This document shows positions 1 to 10,140 of a stretch of DNA of 64,000 nt, one piece after another. Under the pieces are notes generated by a model. It did no database searches, had not been told where the DNA came from, and worked only from the letters and a program-made list of their open reading frames with translations. The stretch's first letter is position 1. Each line of letters opens with the position of its first letter. Source of the DNA: Sulfurimonas sp. (GTDB lineage: Bacteria > Campylobacterota > Campylobacteria > Campylobacterales > Sulfurimonadaceae); NCBI GenBank assembly GCA_030247515.1, contig JAOTSA010000001.1, positions 1,255-65,254 on the forward strand, written 5' to 3'. The translations under genes and the position numbers were made by a program.

Positions 1-2
1 AG

Positions 3-239
3 GGTATGGAGGGAAAACTTGAGATTGCCAAACCGACAGAGCCTTTTGATGTGACACCTGATGTCAAAAAGAAGAAAATCGTTGTTCTAAAAACGTACGA
101 CAAGCTCGCACAAGATGCACGTCACGATACCATCATCCCAATCACGATTCGTGCCTATGCGCTGGGGCATGAAGAGAAAATCGTAGTTTACAGAGAGTCA
201 ACATTTACATATCCAAAAGCAGATAATTTAAAAGAATAA
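3..239 (+). CDS. ccoG: C-terminal fragment of a protein running in from the left edge; probably cytochrome c oxidase accessory protein CcoG/FixG (C-terminal Ig-like domain)
   Basis: Frame is open from the window edge. The beta-strand-rich tail (KKKIVVLKTY...IPITIRAYAL...RESTFTYP) resembles Campylobacterota CcoG C-termini. Confidence 0.45.
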   Translation, partial: GMEGKLEIAKPTEPFDVTPDVKKKKIVVLKTYDKLAQDARHDTIIPITIRAYALGHEEKIVVYRESTFTYPKADNLKE

Positions 240-297
240 TCTTCATTTAAAACACAATTCGATAGACTTTAAAAATTGGCATTTAAAAGGTCTATCG

Positions 298-3200
298 ATG
301 CTTCAAAAAATTTTACTTCTCCTTTTTGCGCTTTATACTTTTTTGGGCTTTTTTGCCGTTCCGCTTGTTTTGGAGACGCAAATACCAAAAATCATCTCGA
401 ACCAACTCAACGCAAAACTCTCTATCGAAGATATTTCATTTAACCCGTTTCTTTTTCATCTTGATATTTATGGCGTAGAGCTTCAAGATACCAAAGAGGA
501 AGAACTTGCCTCCCTTGAAGCACTCAAAGTTGATTTAGAGCCTCATTCGCTCCTTATTGGAGCGTTTCATCTCAAAAATATCACTCTGCAAAATCCGCAA
601 ATTTTTCTGCTTTATGGCAAAGATGGAAAATCCAACTTTGACAATCTCGTAAAAAATAGTCCTCAAAAAGAGGTAAAGAGTACGCAAGAGAGCAGCACAC
701 TTCCTCGCATCATCATCGACACGATGGCTCTTGAGGATGGTTTTTGCTATTTTAATGATTTGAGAAATCCCACTCCTTTTGAGCTGTGGATAGATACGAT
801 AGGCTTCAGGGTAACAGATATCGACACCGATAGTCATGACGAAAAGAGTGCAACTTTGCGCTTGACTTCACATCTTGAGGATGGAGGTTTTGTCGATGCA
901 AGGGGAAATGTCGCAAGCTACCAACCTTTTGGCGTTAGCGGCAGTGTTAGCATAGAGGGCGTCAAACTCTATACATTTTGGAAATATTTGCAAGACGCTC
1001 TGAAGCTTGAAGTTGCGGATGGAACGCTCTCTTTTACTACTGACTACTGTTTCAATGCGGCAGATGCCAATGCAACAACGCTTGAAAATCTCTTCTTCTC
1101 TCTTGAAAATCTTCGCATCAAACCAAAGAAGAGAGGTTTTGATTTGCTCACACTCAAAACTTTGAGCATAGAGGATGCACGCATTTTACCGATGCAGCAA
1201 AAGCTCTCCATCCAAGATATTTTTATAGACTCTTTGCAGGCAAAAGTGCAGAGAGATGCACAAGGCACGATAGACTGGATGGGGTATCTGGATACAAAAA
1301 AGGGCGAAAAAGGGCAAGAAACAGAAACACCGTGGAGCGTTCTAGTCGAAAAAATTGTACTTAAAGAGACAGGAGCGACGCTTAACGACAAAAGTGTCGC
1401 ACCCAGCGTGAAAACAAAACTTGATTTTGCTCATGCAGAGGTAAAAAACGTGACGCTTGCAGGAGAAGAGGCGCTGACCTACAAAGCAGAGGCACTTCTA
1501 AACAATGCTCCGTGTAGCATGCAAGGGGCGTTAAAACACAAAAATCTTGCGCTTGATTCCACCATTAAATGCGCAAATGTGGCTCTTTTGCACTACATGC
1601 CTTACGTGGATAAGATAGCACAGAGCCAGCTAAAAACATACAACGTTGCGCTTAAGGGTGGGGCTGTAGGTTTTGATGCACATGTAGCCATGAAGAGTGA
1701 AAATGCACAAATCAGCGCAGTTGTGGATAAAGCAAACCTCAAACTTAAGGATTTTCATCTCGTAAAAAGAGATAGCGGTGAAAAGGTCGTCACATTCAAA
1801 ACATTTGCCCTTCAAAATGGTTCTTTAGATAGCTTGGCAAAAGAGGTAAATGTCGCAAATCTAACCTTAGAAAAGCTCTCTTTTGGTCTAAAAAAAGAGC
1901 AAAACGGTTTGATAGATACAACAAAACTCATAGAACCCAAAGAGGCTAAAATCCAAAAAGCACAAATAGAGGAAAAGCCATATAGGGTAGCGATAAAGGC
2001 TTTTGATATTGATGATGCCGAAGTCGTTTTTGAGGATAAAAGTGTGCAAAACAGTGCAAAATTTGTTTTGGACAAGATTCGCATTGGTGCAAAAAATATA
2101 GATTCAATAAAAAAAAGCACGCTTGATTATGTTATAGATATGCGAGTTAACAAAGTTGGCAGGTTGGATGGCAAAGGCTCTTTGCGACATACACCGCTGG
2201 AACAAAAAGGAGTTCTGGAGCTTCAAAAAATCCCCCTAAAAGAGCTTACTCCATACCTTCAAGAGAGTACATTTTTAAAAATCAGCGACGGATACCTGAA
2301 TCTTAAGAGCAAAAGCAGCTACAGACAAAGAGGCGAAAGGTTTGATGCTTCTGTCGATGGAAGTGTAAATGTTACAGATTTTTTCTTGCATGACACACGA
2401 GATAACAGTACCGTCGCCTCTTTTGTCAAGGCAGATGTGAAGTCATTTAATTTTAGAAGTACACCAAATAGGCTAAATGTCGATGAGGTTTTGCTTGATT
2501 CCTTTTATATAGATGCGCAAATCAACAAAGACAAAAGCATGAACCTTACAAAACTCACAAAAGCACCAAAAGAGCCACAAAAAAGTGAGAAAAAAGAGGA
2601 TTTTGATTTTAAACTTCTTACTCTAAAAGTTAAAAACGGAAGTGCAAATTTTGCTGACTACTCTTTACCGCTTGACTTTAAAACCTCCATCCATGACCTA
2701 AACGGCGACATCTATGCACTCTCAAACTCAAAAGGAGATGTAAGTTATGTTGAGATGGCTGGAGAGGTGGACGCCTATGGTTCGGCGAAACTCAAAGGGA
2801 GCGTGGAGCCTTCAAACTTTAAATCTTTTACCGACTTGAACCTTAACTTCCGCAATCTAAGCCTCAACTCTTTTAGCGGCTACAGTGCCAGATTTGCGGG
2901 CTACAAGATAAATGAGGGAAAATTTTTCCTTGACTTGCAGTACAAGATTTTTGACTCACAACTCCTTGGAGAAAATAGCCTTATCATCAAAAAAATCAAA
3001 CTTGGCGATGCGATAGAGGATGAAAATATCACCAAACTTCCGCTTGGATTTGCAGTTGCACTCCTAGAAGACAGTGAGGGCGTTATAGATATCAACATGC
3101 CCGTAGAGGGTGATTTAAGCAAGCCTGACTTTAAGTATGGTGCGATGGTGCTAAAAACATTTGCAAACCTGATTCTCAAAGCAGTGGCATCCCCATTTAA

Positions 3201-3774
3201 GTTTTTAGCTGCCGTTATGGGGATAAAATCTGATGAACTTGAGTTTATAGAGTTTGGTGCTTCTGATTTTATTCTGCCACCGCCTGAACGTGAAAAGCTC
3301 GACAATGTCGCAAAAATGCTACAAGAAAAACCAAAACTCTCTCTAAAAGTCTCTGGCGGATATGACGCTCAAATAGACAAAGAGGCGATTCAGGCGAAAA
3401 AGCTTACCGAGGAGATTCTTAAGCAGAGCCGCAGCAGTGGAAGTGTTAGCGTAAACTCCATAGAAGCACTCTGCATCCCACGTCTTGGCAAAGAGAAGAT
3501 AGTATCTCTTAGAAGCCAAATAGGGCAAAATTATCAACAAGAACTCTTTAAAGCAGAGTTTCAAAAGGCTCTCGTGGAGGAGTGTATGGCTACTTGGAGC
3601 GTTCTGGATGAGGAGCTTTTTGCTCTTGCAAACCAAAGAGCAGATACCATCATAAAGTATCTTGTAGAAGCAAAAAAGATAGAGCCATCAAAAATTGCAA
3701 AAGAGAGAGCGCAACAAAGAGATGACACCAAAGAGCAATGGGTAAAAAGTACGCTTAAAATCGATGTGCTATAA
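298..3774 (+). CDS. DUF748 (AsmA-like) repeat protein with C-terminal OmpA-like domain
   Basis: 1158 aa. N-terminal TM anchor followed by 'ISFNPFLFHLDI' (DUF748 start), repeated beta-taco segments, 'DINMPVEGDLSKPDF' and 'LALANQRADTIIKYL'. Confidence 0.85.
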   Translation: MLQKILLLLFALYTFLGFFAVPLVLETQIPKIISNQLNAKLSIEDISFNPFLFHLDIYGVELQDTKEEELASLEALKVDLEPHSLLIGAFHLKNITLQNPQIFLLYGKDGKSNFDNLVKNSPQKEVKSTQESSTLPRIIIDTMALEDGFCYFNDLRNPTPFELWIDTIGFRVTDIDTDSHDEKSATLRLTSHLEDGGFVDARGNVASYQPFGVSGSVSIEGVKLYTFWKYLQDALKLEVADGTLSFTTDYCFNAADANATTLENLFFSLENLRIKPKKRGFDLLTLKTLSIEDARILPMQQKLSIQDIFIDSLQAKVQRDAQGTIDWMGYLDTKKGEKGQETETPWSVLVEKIVLKETGATLNDKSVAPSVKTKLDFAHAEVKNVTLAGEEALTYKAEALLNNAPCSMQGALKHKNLALDSTIKCANVALLHYMPYVDKIAQSQLKTYNVALKGGAVGFDAHVAMKSENAQISAVVDKANLKLKDFHLVKRDSGEKVVTFKTFALQNGSLDSLAKEVNVANLTLEKLSFGLKKEQNGLIDTTKLIEPKEAKIQKAQIEEKPYRVAIKAFDIDDAEVVFEDKSVQNSAKFVLDKIRIGAKNIDSIKKSTLDYVIDMRVNKVGRLDGKGSLRHTPLEQKGVLELQKIPLKELTPYLQESTFLKISDGYLNLKSKSSYRQRGERFDASVDGSVNVTDFFLHDTRDNSTVASFVKADVKSFNFRSTPNRLNVDEVLLDSFYIDAQINKDKSMNLTKLTKAPKEPQKSEKKEDFDFKLLTLKVKNGSANFADYSLPLDFKTSIHDLNGDIYALSNSKGDVSYVEMAGEVDAYGSAKLKGSVEPSNFKSFTDLNLNFRNLSLNSFSGYSARFAGYKINEGKFFLDLQYKIFDSQLLGENSLIIKKIKLGDAIEDENITKLPLGFAVALLEDSEGVIDINMPVEGDLSKPDFKYGAMVLKTFANLILKAVASPFKFLAAVMGIKSDELEFIEFGASDFILPPPEREKLDNVAKMLQEKPKLSLKVSGGYDAQIDKEAIQAKKLTEEILKQSRSSGSVSVNSIEALCIPRLGKEKIVSLRSQIGQNYQQELFKAEFQKALVEECMATWSVLDEELFALANQRADTIIKYLVEAKKIEPSKIAKERAQQRDDTKEQWVKSTLKIDVL

Positions 3775-3775
3775 T
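3767..3775 (+). promoter_or_regulatory. Extended -10 promoter (TGcTATAAT) for the downstream YeiH gene
   Basis: TGCTATAAT overlaps the DUF748 stop codon. An AAAGGA SD precedes the ATG at 3798. Confidence 0.55.
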
Positions 3776-3797
3776 TGCGGTTTTAAAAGGATAGCTT

Positions 3798-4844
3798 ATG
3801 CCATTTTCACCCACAAATAGAAAAGGTACTTTAAACGGAGTGATTTTTGTAGCCATCTTTGCCGCAGCGGCAACGATGATTTCAGAAATTGCTTTTGTCA
3901 AGTCGCTTGGGATTTCGCCGCTTGTTATCGGTATCGTTATCGGTATTTTTTATGCAAATACACTTCACAACAACACTCCAAAAGAGTGGAGTGGTGGTAT
4001 AACATTTTCAGCCAAAAAAATCCTCCGTTTTGCTATCGTTTTTTATGGGTTTCGCATCACGTTCCAACAGATTGCAGAGGTGGGTGTGGAGGGCTTTTTG
4101 GTCTCGCTTATCATGCTCTCGACTACTTTCGTGCTTGGAACTTGGGTAGGGCAGCGGTTTTTTAAGATGGATAGAGACACATCCATGCTCAGTGCTTCTG
4201 GAGCGTCCGTTTGCGGAGCGGCGGCGGTTTTGGCGACAGAGCCTGTTTTAAAGGCGGAGGAGCATAAAGCGGCGATTGCCGTCTCCATGGTTGTTCTCTT
4301 TGGAACGATAGCGATGTTTTTGTATCCTGCCCTCTACAACATGGGCGTTTTTGACATGAGCGCAAAAGAGTTTGGCATCTATGTCGGCGGAACTATCCAT
4401 GAAGTGGCGCAGGTCGTTGCAGTTCCCGCTTCTGTACCTGGGGCAAGCGAAGAGATGGCAAATGCAGCGGTGATTGTCAAGATGACACGTGTTATCATGA
4501 TTGCGCCGATGCTTATTCTTCTTGGTATTTATCTCTCTTTGAGTGCGAAAAAAAGCGGCGGCGAGGCTGGCGGTGTGAAACTTGTCATTCCGTGGTTTGC
4601 GGTTTACTTTATCGGGATGGCTGGATTTAACTCGCTTGGTATCGTGCCGCAAAATATAGTCGCTCTCATCAACCAGATAGATACTTTTTTGCTCACAATG
4701 GCGATGACTGCTCTGGGGATTGGGACGGTATTTGCTAAGTTTAAAGGGCTTGGTTTAGCTCCCATCTATACAGCGGGGACGATGTTTTTATGGCTTGTTA
4801 TCGGTGGCTACTTTATCACAAAATGGGTTGTGGCAACATTTTAA
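3798..4844 (+). CDS. yeiH: YeiH / putative sulfate exporter family membrane protein
   Basis: About 10 TM segments. Motifs 'LRFAIVFYGFRITF', 'GASVCGAAAVLAT', 'GGTIHEVAQVVA', 'VKMTRVIMIAP'. Confidence 0.9.
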   Translation: MPFSPTNRKGTLNGVIFVAIFAAAATMISEIAFVKSLGISPLVIGIVIGIFYANTLHNNTPKEWSGGITFSAKKILRFAIVFYGFRITFQQIAEVGVEGFLVSLIMLSTTFVLGTWVGQRFFKMDRDTSMLSASGASVCGAAAVLATEPVLKAEEHKAAIAVSMVVLFGTIAMFLYPALYNMGVFDMSAKEFGIYVGGTIHEVAQVVAVPASVPGASEEMANAAVIVKMTRVIMIAPMLILLGIYLSLSAKKSGGEAGGVKLVIPWFAVYFIGMAGFNSLGIVPQNIVALINQIDTFLLTMAMTALGIGTVFAKFKGLGLAPIYTAGTMFLWLVIGGYFITKWVVATF

Positions 4845-4909
4845 TAGTGGGGATTTAACCCAAATCATTATATAATAGATGTAAATTTTCAAGGAGCTAA
4901 GAAACAAAG

Positions 4910-5377
4910 ATGTCTCACCTGCCAAATACACTCAACTCTTATTGGCTCTGGAGAGAGGTCTCTTCAAAACTTGGCGTTTCAAATCCGACTTATCGTTACT
5001 GGAAAAGCACGCCAAACCTCAAGCTCAACAACAAATACCTTTTTGTGCAAAAACAGACACTTCCGCAAAAATATGAGTATGTGGAGAAGATACTTACAGA
5101 CCTCTCTGGGCATCTTCCCATCAAGTACGCTTCCGACAAACTTCATGTCAATGAACATCTGTTCTCATACGAAAAGATGAAGCTCTACAAAGAGTTTGAG
5201 TACAAATATGTCGAAGATGTGAAGTTTGTCAATATCAAAAAATTTTTTACGGAATTTGGCATAAAAGTAGGCAAAAATTCCATTATTCAGCTTGGAAAGA
5301 TAAAAGATTTGGAGTTTGCCCCAAATGCAACGTTTTACAATCTCAAAAATGATTACGGCATAGTGGTGTACGACTGA
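4910..5377 (+). CDS. Conserved hypothetical protein
   Basis: 155 aa ORF with AGGAG upstream; its stop overlaps the next ATG (TGATG coupling). Confidence 0.7.
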   Translation: MSHLPNTLNSYWLWREVSSKLGVSNPTYRYWKSTPNLKLNNKYLFVQKQTLPQKYEYVEKILTDLSGHLPIKYASDKLHVNEHLFSYEKMKLYKEFEYKYVEDVKFVNIKKFFTEFGIKVGKNSIIQLGKIKDLEFAPNATFYNLKNDYGIVVYD

Positions 5378-6423
5378 TGAATCTTTTTTTTATGGAGTCC
5401 AAAGACCCGCTTTTTGGAATTATCATCTTTTTTGTTCTTGTTTTTGTTATCACTTTTTTCTCATATTGGCTCTCAAAATACAAGAAAAAAGAGGATTACA
5501 AGCATCTTGACAGATTTTTACGGCAGTTCCAAACGCTCCCCTCACAAAACGAACTTAAAGTGCTTATCACAAAAGGCGAACTCTCTGAAAAATCTTGGTT
5601 TTTACTTGCCAATGCTTATGCAAATGGCGGTAACTATGAAAAAAGCATCGAGATTTACAGTGAACTTTTAAAAGTCGGGGACAAAGCAAACTATAGAGAT
5701 ACTATGTTTTTGCTTGGAAAAACTTACTTTAAAGCGGGTTTTCTTGAACGCTCACGACAGGTTTTTTTGGAGATACTAAAAAACAACCCTCGCACCCCTC
5801 AGGCACTCAGCTATCTTCTTTTAGTCTATGAACGGGTGCGAGACTACAAAGCAGCGATGGAAGTTTTGGAGCCTTTAGAGGAGCTTGGCAGAGATACGAC
5901 GGTGGAGAGGGCATACCTTGAGGCACTGCTTGTACTCAACTCCGCAAAGCTCTCATCGGAGGAAAAAGTGGATGAGTTGCTGCGTATCTATAAAAGCTCT
6001 CATGCGCTTACACATCTTGTTTTTGAGTATCTGTTTCGAGTCAATCCTAAAGCGGCTTGGGAGAACTTTGACGCTTCAAAGGCTGAAGAGCTTATTGATG
6101 TTTTATGGAGCGTGGATAAAAATGATTTAAATCTTGAAGTTATCATGCAAAACGGCTACCTTAGAGAACTTTACAGTGCCAAAGGATATATTGAAGTGGC
6201 AAATAGAAGCTCTGTTTTTGAGCTAGATGTCCTTATCAATCTTCATGCAAAAGCAAATGCGACGCTTGGTTTTGAGTATATCTGTAACAACTGCAAAGTT
6301 GTTTTTCCCTTTGCGTTTCATCGTTGCAGCAGTTGCCATGCGATAGATACATCAAGAGCGGAGATTGCGCTTGTCAAAAATTATCAAAAGGATTATAGTG
6401 AAGAAAATAACTCTTTTCAGTGA
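5377..6423 (+). CDS. LapB/YciM-like TPR protein with C-terminal rubredoxin-type CxxC...CxxC
   Basis: N-terminal TM, TPR helices, 'CNNC...CSSC'. Sits upstream of rnhA-rnc-aroC as in Campylobacter. Confidence 0.8.
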   Translation: MNLFFMESKDPLFGIIIFFVLVFVITFFSYWLSKYKKKEDYKHLDRFLRQFQTLPSQNELKVLITKGELSEKSWFLLANAYANGGNYEKSIEIYSELLKVGDKANYRDTMFLLGKTYFKAGFLERSRQVFLEILKNNPRTPQALSYLLLVYERVRDYKAAMEVLEPLEELGRDTTVERAYLEALLVLNSAKLSSEEKVDELLRIYKSSHALTHLVFEYLFRVNPKAAWENFDASKAEELIDVLWSVDKNDLNLEVIMQNGYLRELYSAKGYIEVANRSSVFELDVLINLHAKANATLGFEYICNNCKVVFPFAFHRCSSCHAIDTSRAEIALVKNYQKDYSEENNSFQ

Positions 6424-6829
6424 CGGAAGTGCGCTTGGAAACCCAGGACCGGGTGGATATGCCGCCATCCTCCGTTATGGAGACAAAGAGAGAGAAATTT
6501 GCGGAGGAGAGATACATACTACAAACAACAGAATGGAGCTTTTGGGAGTTGTCGAGGGGCTTAGAGCATTAAGGGAGCCGTGTGAAGTCTCTATCGTTTC
6601 AGACTCATCTTATGTGGTAAAGGGGATTAACGAGTGGCTTAATGATTGGGTAAAGAGGGATTTTAAAAAGGTAAAAAATCCGGATTTGTGGATGGAGTAC
6701 ATAAAAGTGGCAAAACCACACAGAGTAAATGCAACTTGGGTTCGAGGGCATGACGGACATCCTGAAAACGAACGATGTGATGTTTTGGCAAAAGAGGAAG
6801 CTCAAAAAATGAAAGAGAAGAGACAATGA
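6398..6829 (+). CDS. rnhA: Ribonuclease HI
   Basis: '[14 protein letters not shown]', 'TTNNRMEL', '[15 protein letters not shown]'. GTG start at 6398 chosen over the longer ORF. Confidence 0.97.
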   Translation: MKKITLFSDGSALGNPGPGGYAAILRYGDKEREICGGEIHTTNNRMELLGVVEGLRALREPCEVSIVSDSSYVVKGINEWLNDWVKRDFKKVKNPDLWMEYIKVAKPHRVNATWVRGHDGHPENERCDVLAKEEAQKMKEKRQ

Positions 6830-7506
6830 GTAAAAAAATAGAAGATTTAGAAGAGGTTTTGGGGTATGAGTTTAAAAACAAGAAGCTCATTATCGAAGCG
6901 CTGACGCACAAAAGCCATAAACAGCCCTACGATAATGAGCGACTTGAGTTTTTAGGTGATGCGGTTTTGGATTTGATAGTCGGGGAGTATCTCTTTTTCA
7001 AATTTCCAAAATCAGATGAGGGTTCTTTGTCAAAAATCAGAGCCGCCCTCGTCAATGAAGACGGGTTTGAAAAACTTGCACGCTCCATCAATCTTGGGGA
7101 GTATATATACCTCTCAAGCGCAGAGGAGAACAACGGCGGACGGGAAAAAGCTTCACTTCTCTCCAACGCTTTTGAGGCAATTATGGGGGCTATTTATCTT
7201 GAAAGCGGGCTTGAGACACTCAGACCCATAGCGATTGGATTGATAGAGAAAAACCATAAAGAGATATCGCTTGATTCGCTCTTTCGTGATTTTAAAACAA
7301 CTCTTCAAGAGCTTACACAAGCGAGATTTGGAGAGACGCCAGAGTACAGAGTGGTGGCAAGTCGAGGACCTGACCATAAAAAAGAGTTTGAAGTGGCGGT
7401 TATCATAGAAAATAGAGAGTACGCAAGAGCCGTGGGAAAAAGCAAAAAAATCGCACAGCAAGAGGCGGCTGAAGTTGCGGTAAAAATGTTAAAGGATGCA
7501 AAGTGA
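6826..7506 (+). CDS. rnc: Ribonuclease III
   Basis: '[14 protein letters not shown]' signature plus C-terminal dsRBD '[12 protein letters not shown]'. Confidence 0.98.
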   Translation: MSKKIEDLEEVLGYEFKNKKLIIEALTHKSHKQPYDNERLEFLGDAVLDLIVGEYLFFKFPKSDEGSLSKIRAALVNEDGFEKLARSINLGEYIYLSSAEENNGGREKASLLSNAFEAIMGAIYLESGLETLRPIAIGLIEKNHKEISLDSLFRDFKTTLQELTQARFGETPEYRVVASRGPDHKKEFEVAVIIENREYARAVGKSKKIAQQEAAEVAVKMLKDAK

Positions 7507-8576
7507 ACAGTTTTGGACAAAAATTGAGATTGAGTACATTTGGAGAGTCCCACGGCAAGGCTATCGGGTGCTTGCTTGATGGTGTTCCAGCAGGGCTTGA
7601 GATAGACGAGGCATTTATCCAAAGCGAGCTAGATCGCCGCAAACCTGGGAAAAGCGAGTTTGAAACAGCTAGAAAAGAGGATGATAAAGTAGAGATACTC
7701 AGCGGAGTTTTTGAGGGCAAAAGCACAGGAACACCCATCGCTATGGTCATCTACAACACAGACCAGAAGTCTAAAGACTACTCCAACATCAAAGATGTTT
7801 TTCGCCCAGGGCATGCGGACTTTACCTACTTTCACAAGTACGGTTTGCGTGATTACCGTGGTGGGGGAAGAAGTTCTGCGAGAGAGACGGCGGCTAGGGT
7901 TGCGGCAGGTGCTATCGCAAAACTGATGTTACGTCAGCTTGACATCGAAGTGCTAAGCGGTATTTGTGAGGTTGATGGGATAAAATCAGAATTTTTTGAC
8001 TATGAGGCGGCAAAAAATAGTATCATCTATGCGCTAGACCTTGCAAAAGAGGATGCGCAAAAAGAGGCGGTACTTAGAGCCAAAAATGCACACGACTCTG
8101 TTGGTGGTGTCTCAAGAGTGGTGGTTCGTGGTGCGCCAAAGGGGCTTGGACAGCCGCTCTACTATAAACTAGACAGTGTTTTAGCCGATGCCATGATGGG
8201 TATCAATGCAGTCAAAGCAGTAGAGATAGGCGATGGTATCTTAAGTGCTTCATTGAAGGGTTCACAAAACAATGATGCCATAAGAGCAGACGGATTTGTC
8301 TCTAACCATGCGGGCGGTATCTTGGGTGGTATCAGCAACGGCGAGGAGATAGTTATGAATGTCTATTTTAAGCCGACACCATCTATCTTTCAAGAGCAGC
8401 AAACCATTACAAGCCAAAATGAAGAGGTTGATTTCTCTCTCAAAGGTCGTCATGACCCATGCGTAGCCATCAGAGGGACGGTGGTTTGTGAAGCGATGAC
8501 CGCTTTGGTGGTTGCCGATATGTTGCTCTTAAATATGGGTTCAAAAATGGATGGTGTTGTCAAATATTATAAATAG
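7503..8576 (+). CDS. aroC: Chorismate synthase
   Basis: 'TFGESHG', 'RPGHAD', 'RSSARET', 'GRHDPC'. Confidence 0.98.
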   Translation: MNSFGQKLRLSTFGESHGKAIGCLLDGVPAGLEIDEAFIQSELDRRKPGKSEFETARKEDDKVEILSGVFEGKSTGTPIAMVIYNTDQKSKDYSNIKDVFRPGHADFTYFHKYGLRDYRGGGRSSARETAARVAAGAIAKLMLRQLDIEVLSGICEVDGIKSEFFDYEAAKNSIIYALDLAKEDAQKEAVLRAKNAHDSVGGVSRVVVRGAPKGLGQPLYYKLDSVLADAMMGINAVKAVEIGDGILSASLKGSQNNDAIRADGFVSNHAGGILGGISNGEEIVMNVYFKPTPSIFQEQQTITSQNEEVDFSLKGRHDPCVAIRGTVVCEAMTALVVADMLLLNMGSKMDGVVKYYK

Positions 8577-8661
8577 TAGTTTAAATTATTGAAATAATAA
8601 GTTTTTATTAATTTTAATAGAGTTACAATATAGCCAATAAAAGTCAAAAGAGGTTTTTTTC

Positions 8662-9513
8662 ATGCGTATTTTTTTATTTATTTTTGTTTTCGTGCTTACT
8701 CTTCAAGCAAAACCTATTTTTAGCAATGCTGAACAAGCGGACAGTGCGCAGTATATAGATGCTATCAAAAATCTTGTTGTTGCAACACAAAAAACCAGAG
8801 GTTTAACCAATAGTTACCTTAATGGTAATCTTATTGCTTTGATGCTTGTTCAGGATGCAAAGGGCGATATGAAAAAGTCTATAGGTACTATGGAGTCCCT
8901 AAAACTTGCCTCAGACCCAGTCATAAATCAGAGAGCTTCGGATGTAAGCAATAAGCTTATCGAACTCAACCGCAAAGCATTCAAACTCAAACCAGAAGAG
9001 TCTTTCGAGCGTTATACACAAGAGATAGAGCAGGTTTTGATGCTTGCGCAAACAGTAGGCAAAAGAGGTGCAGAACATATGTCTCCATTTGCTAAAGAGG
9101 CATCTTTTACAATGATGAAGCAGATGCTTCCTTTGACAGAGTATGTTGGACAACTTAGAGGTTATGGTTCTGGAGTTGCTGCAAAAGGTACGATAACTCA
9201 AGAGCAAAAAGCAAAACTTTCAACGATTATCGCAGATATCGTTGCTTTGAACAAAATTTTTCAATCAAGTATGAAAAATGTTATCGTAAGCGGTAAAAAG
9301 TACTATACACAAGATACAGAAGCTAAGGTTACAAAAATCAACAGTTTAGTTGAAACTTATACAGAGTTTGCAAAGAAAGAGTTTTTTAAAGAGAATATGT
9401 CTATTAAGCCTGATGACTATTTTTCAAACGGAACAGAGATAATAACACAAATCATCGGCGTGTATGACGCAACAAATAAAGCGATACTGGAAGATTCAAA
9501 AGGGTGGCTCTAA
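8662..9513 (+). CDS. Exported stand-alone NIT-like (nitrate/nitrite-sensing-type) helical-bundle protein
   Basis: Signal peptide. 'LVVATQKTRGLTNSYLNG' and 'EYVGQLRGYGSG' resemble the two NIT repeats. No TM2 or signalling domain. Confidence 0.55.
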   Translation: MRIFLFIFVFVLTLQAKPIFSNAEQADSAQYIDAIKNLVVATQKTRGLTNSYLNGNLIALMLVQDAKGDMKKSIGTMESLKLASDPVINQRASDVSNKLIELNRKAFKLKPEESFERYTQEIEQVLMLAQTVGKRGAEHMSPFAKEASFTMMKQMLPLTEYVGQLRGYGSGVAAKGTITQEQKAKLSTIIADIVALNKIFQSSMKNVIVSGKKYYTQDTEAKVTKINSLVETYTEFAKKEFFKENMSIKPDDYFSNGTEIITQIIGVYDATNKAILEDSKGWL

Positions 9514-9547
9514 AAGTATTTAGGCTATACTTGTGAAGTTTAATTAT

Positions 9548-9661
9548 TAGACTTCTTGCATAACCTAAAAATTAGATTCCAAGTCAAGCTTGGAATGACG
9601 AGATTTGTGAGTTTTCGTCATCCTGAACTTGATTCAGGATCTAGGTTATGCAAGAAGTCTA
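9548..9661. repeat. Cloverleaf palindromic element (MITE/BIME-like) containing two inverted CGTC-type REP hairpins, copy 1
   Basis: Perfect 20-bp terminal IR (TAGACTTCTTGCATAACCTA 9548-9567 / 9642-9661). Internal hairpins ATTCCAAG-n5-CTTGGAAT and ATCCTGAA-n5-TTCAGGAT. Second copy at 52315-52425. Confidence 0.85.
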
Positions 9662-9682
9662 TTAAAAAAACAAGGAGAATAA

Positions 9683-9934
9683 ATGAGAATTTTAACTGTT
9701 ACACTGCTATCGGCAGGCTTCCTTTTTGGTGCTGTAGATATCAATACGGCAAATGCACAAGAGTTGGCGACGCTTAAAGATATTGGAGATAAAAAAGCTG
9801 CAAAAATCATAAAGTACAGAGAGACAAAGTGCTTTGGAAGTGTTGATGAGTTGACTAAAGTTGATGGTATCAAGACAAAGGTTATCGAAAAAAACAAAGG
9901 CAATATAACTGCTAGTAAGTGTAAAACAAAATAG
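9683..9934 (+). CDS. comEA: ComEA-family helix-hairpin-helix DNA-binding protein
   Basis: Signal peptide, then 'VDINTANAQELATLKDIGDKKAAKIIKYR...ELTKVDGI'. Confidence 0.9.
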   Translation: MRILTVTLLSAGFLFGAVDINTANAQELATLKDIGDKKAAKIIKYRETKCFGSVDELTKVDGIKTKVIEKNKGNITASKCKTK

Positions 9935-10140
9935 TTTTGCTAATGGTTTTCGGGTAAGTTTAGAGGGTGTGGTTAGGCATCTTTTAAATTTTTTTCCGAA
10001 AAACTTATTCTTAAAAAACTCCTTTAAACCAAACTCAATCTAAATAGCCAAACTGACGATTAAGTCGCATATAATGTGTGTAAAGGCATAATGTTCCTAC
10101 TAAATTTTGTTATGTTAAAATAATTATAAGGTTGTGCTTC

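Noticed and set aside
9556-9777. 73-aa ORF containing 'RHPELDSGS'
   Set aside because: Translation of the palindromic REP element overlapping comEA in another frame; no SD and not a real gene.
9935-10140. c-di-GMP (GEMM) riboswitch or sigma54 promoter upstream of the pel operon
   Set aside because: No GGCAAA...GAAA...GACGCAAA GEMM core was visible. The best sigma54-like string (GGCATAATGTTCCT, about 10085-10098) lacks the -12 TGC. An Infernal/Rfam scan would be decisive.
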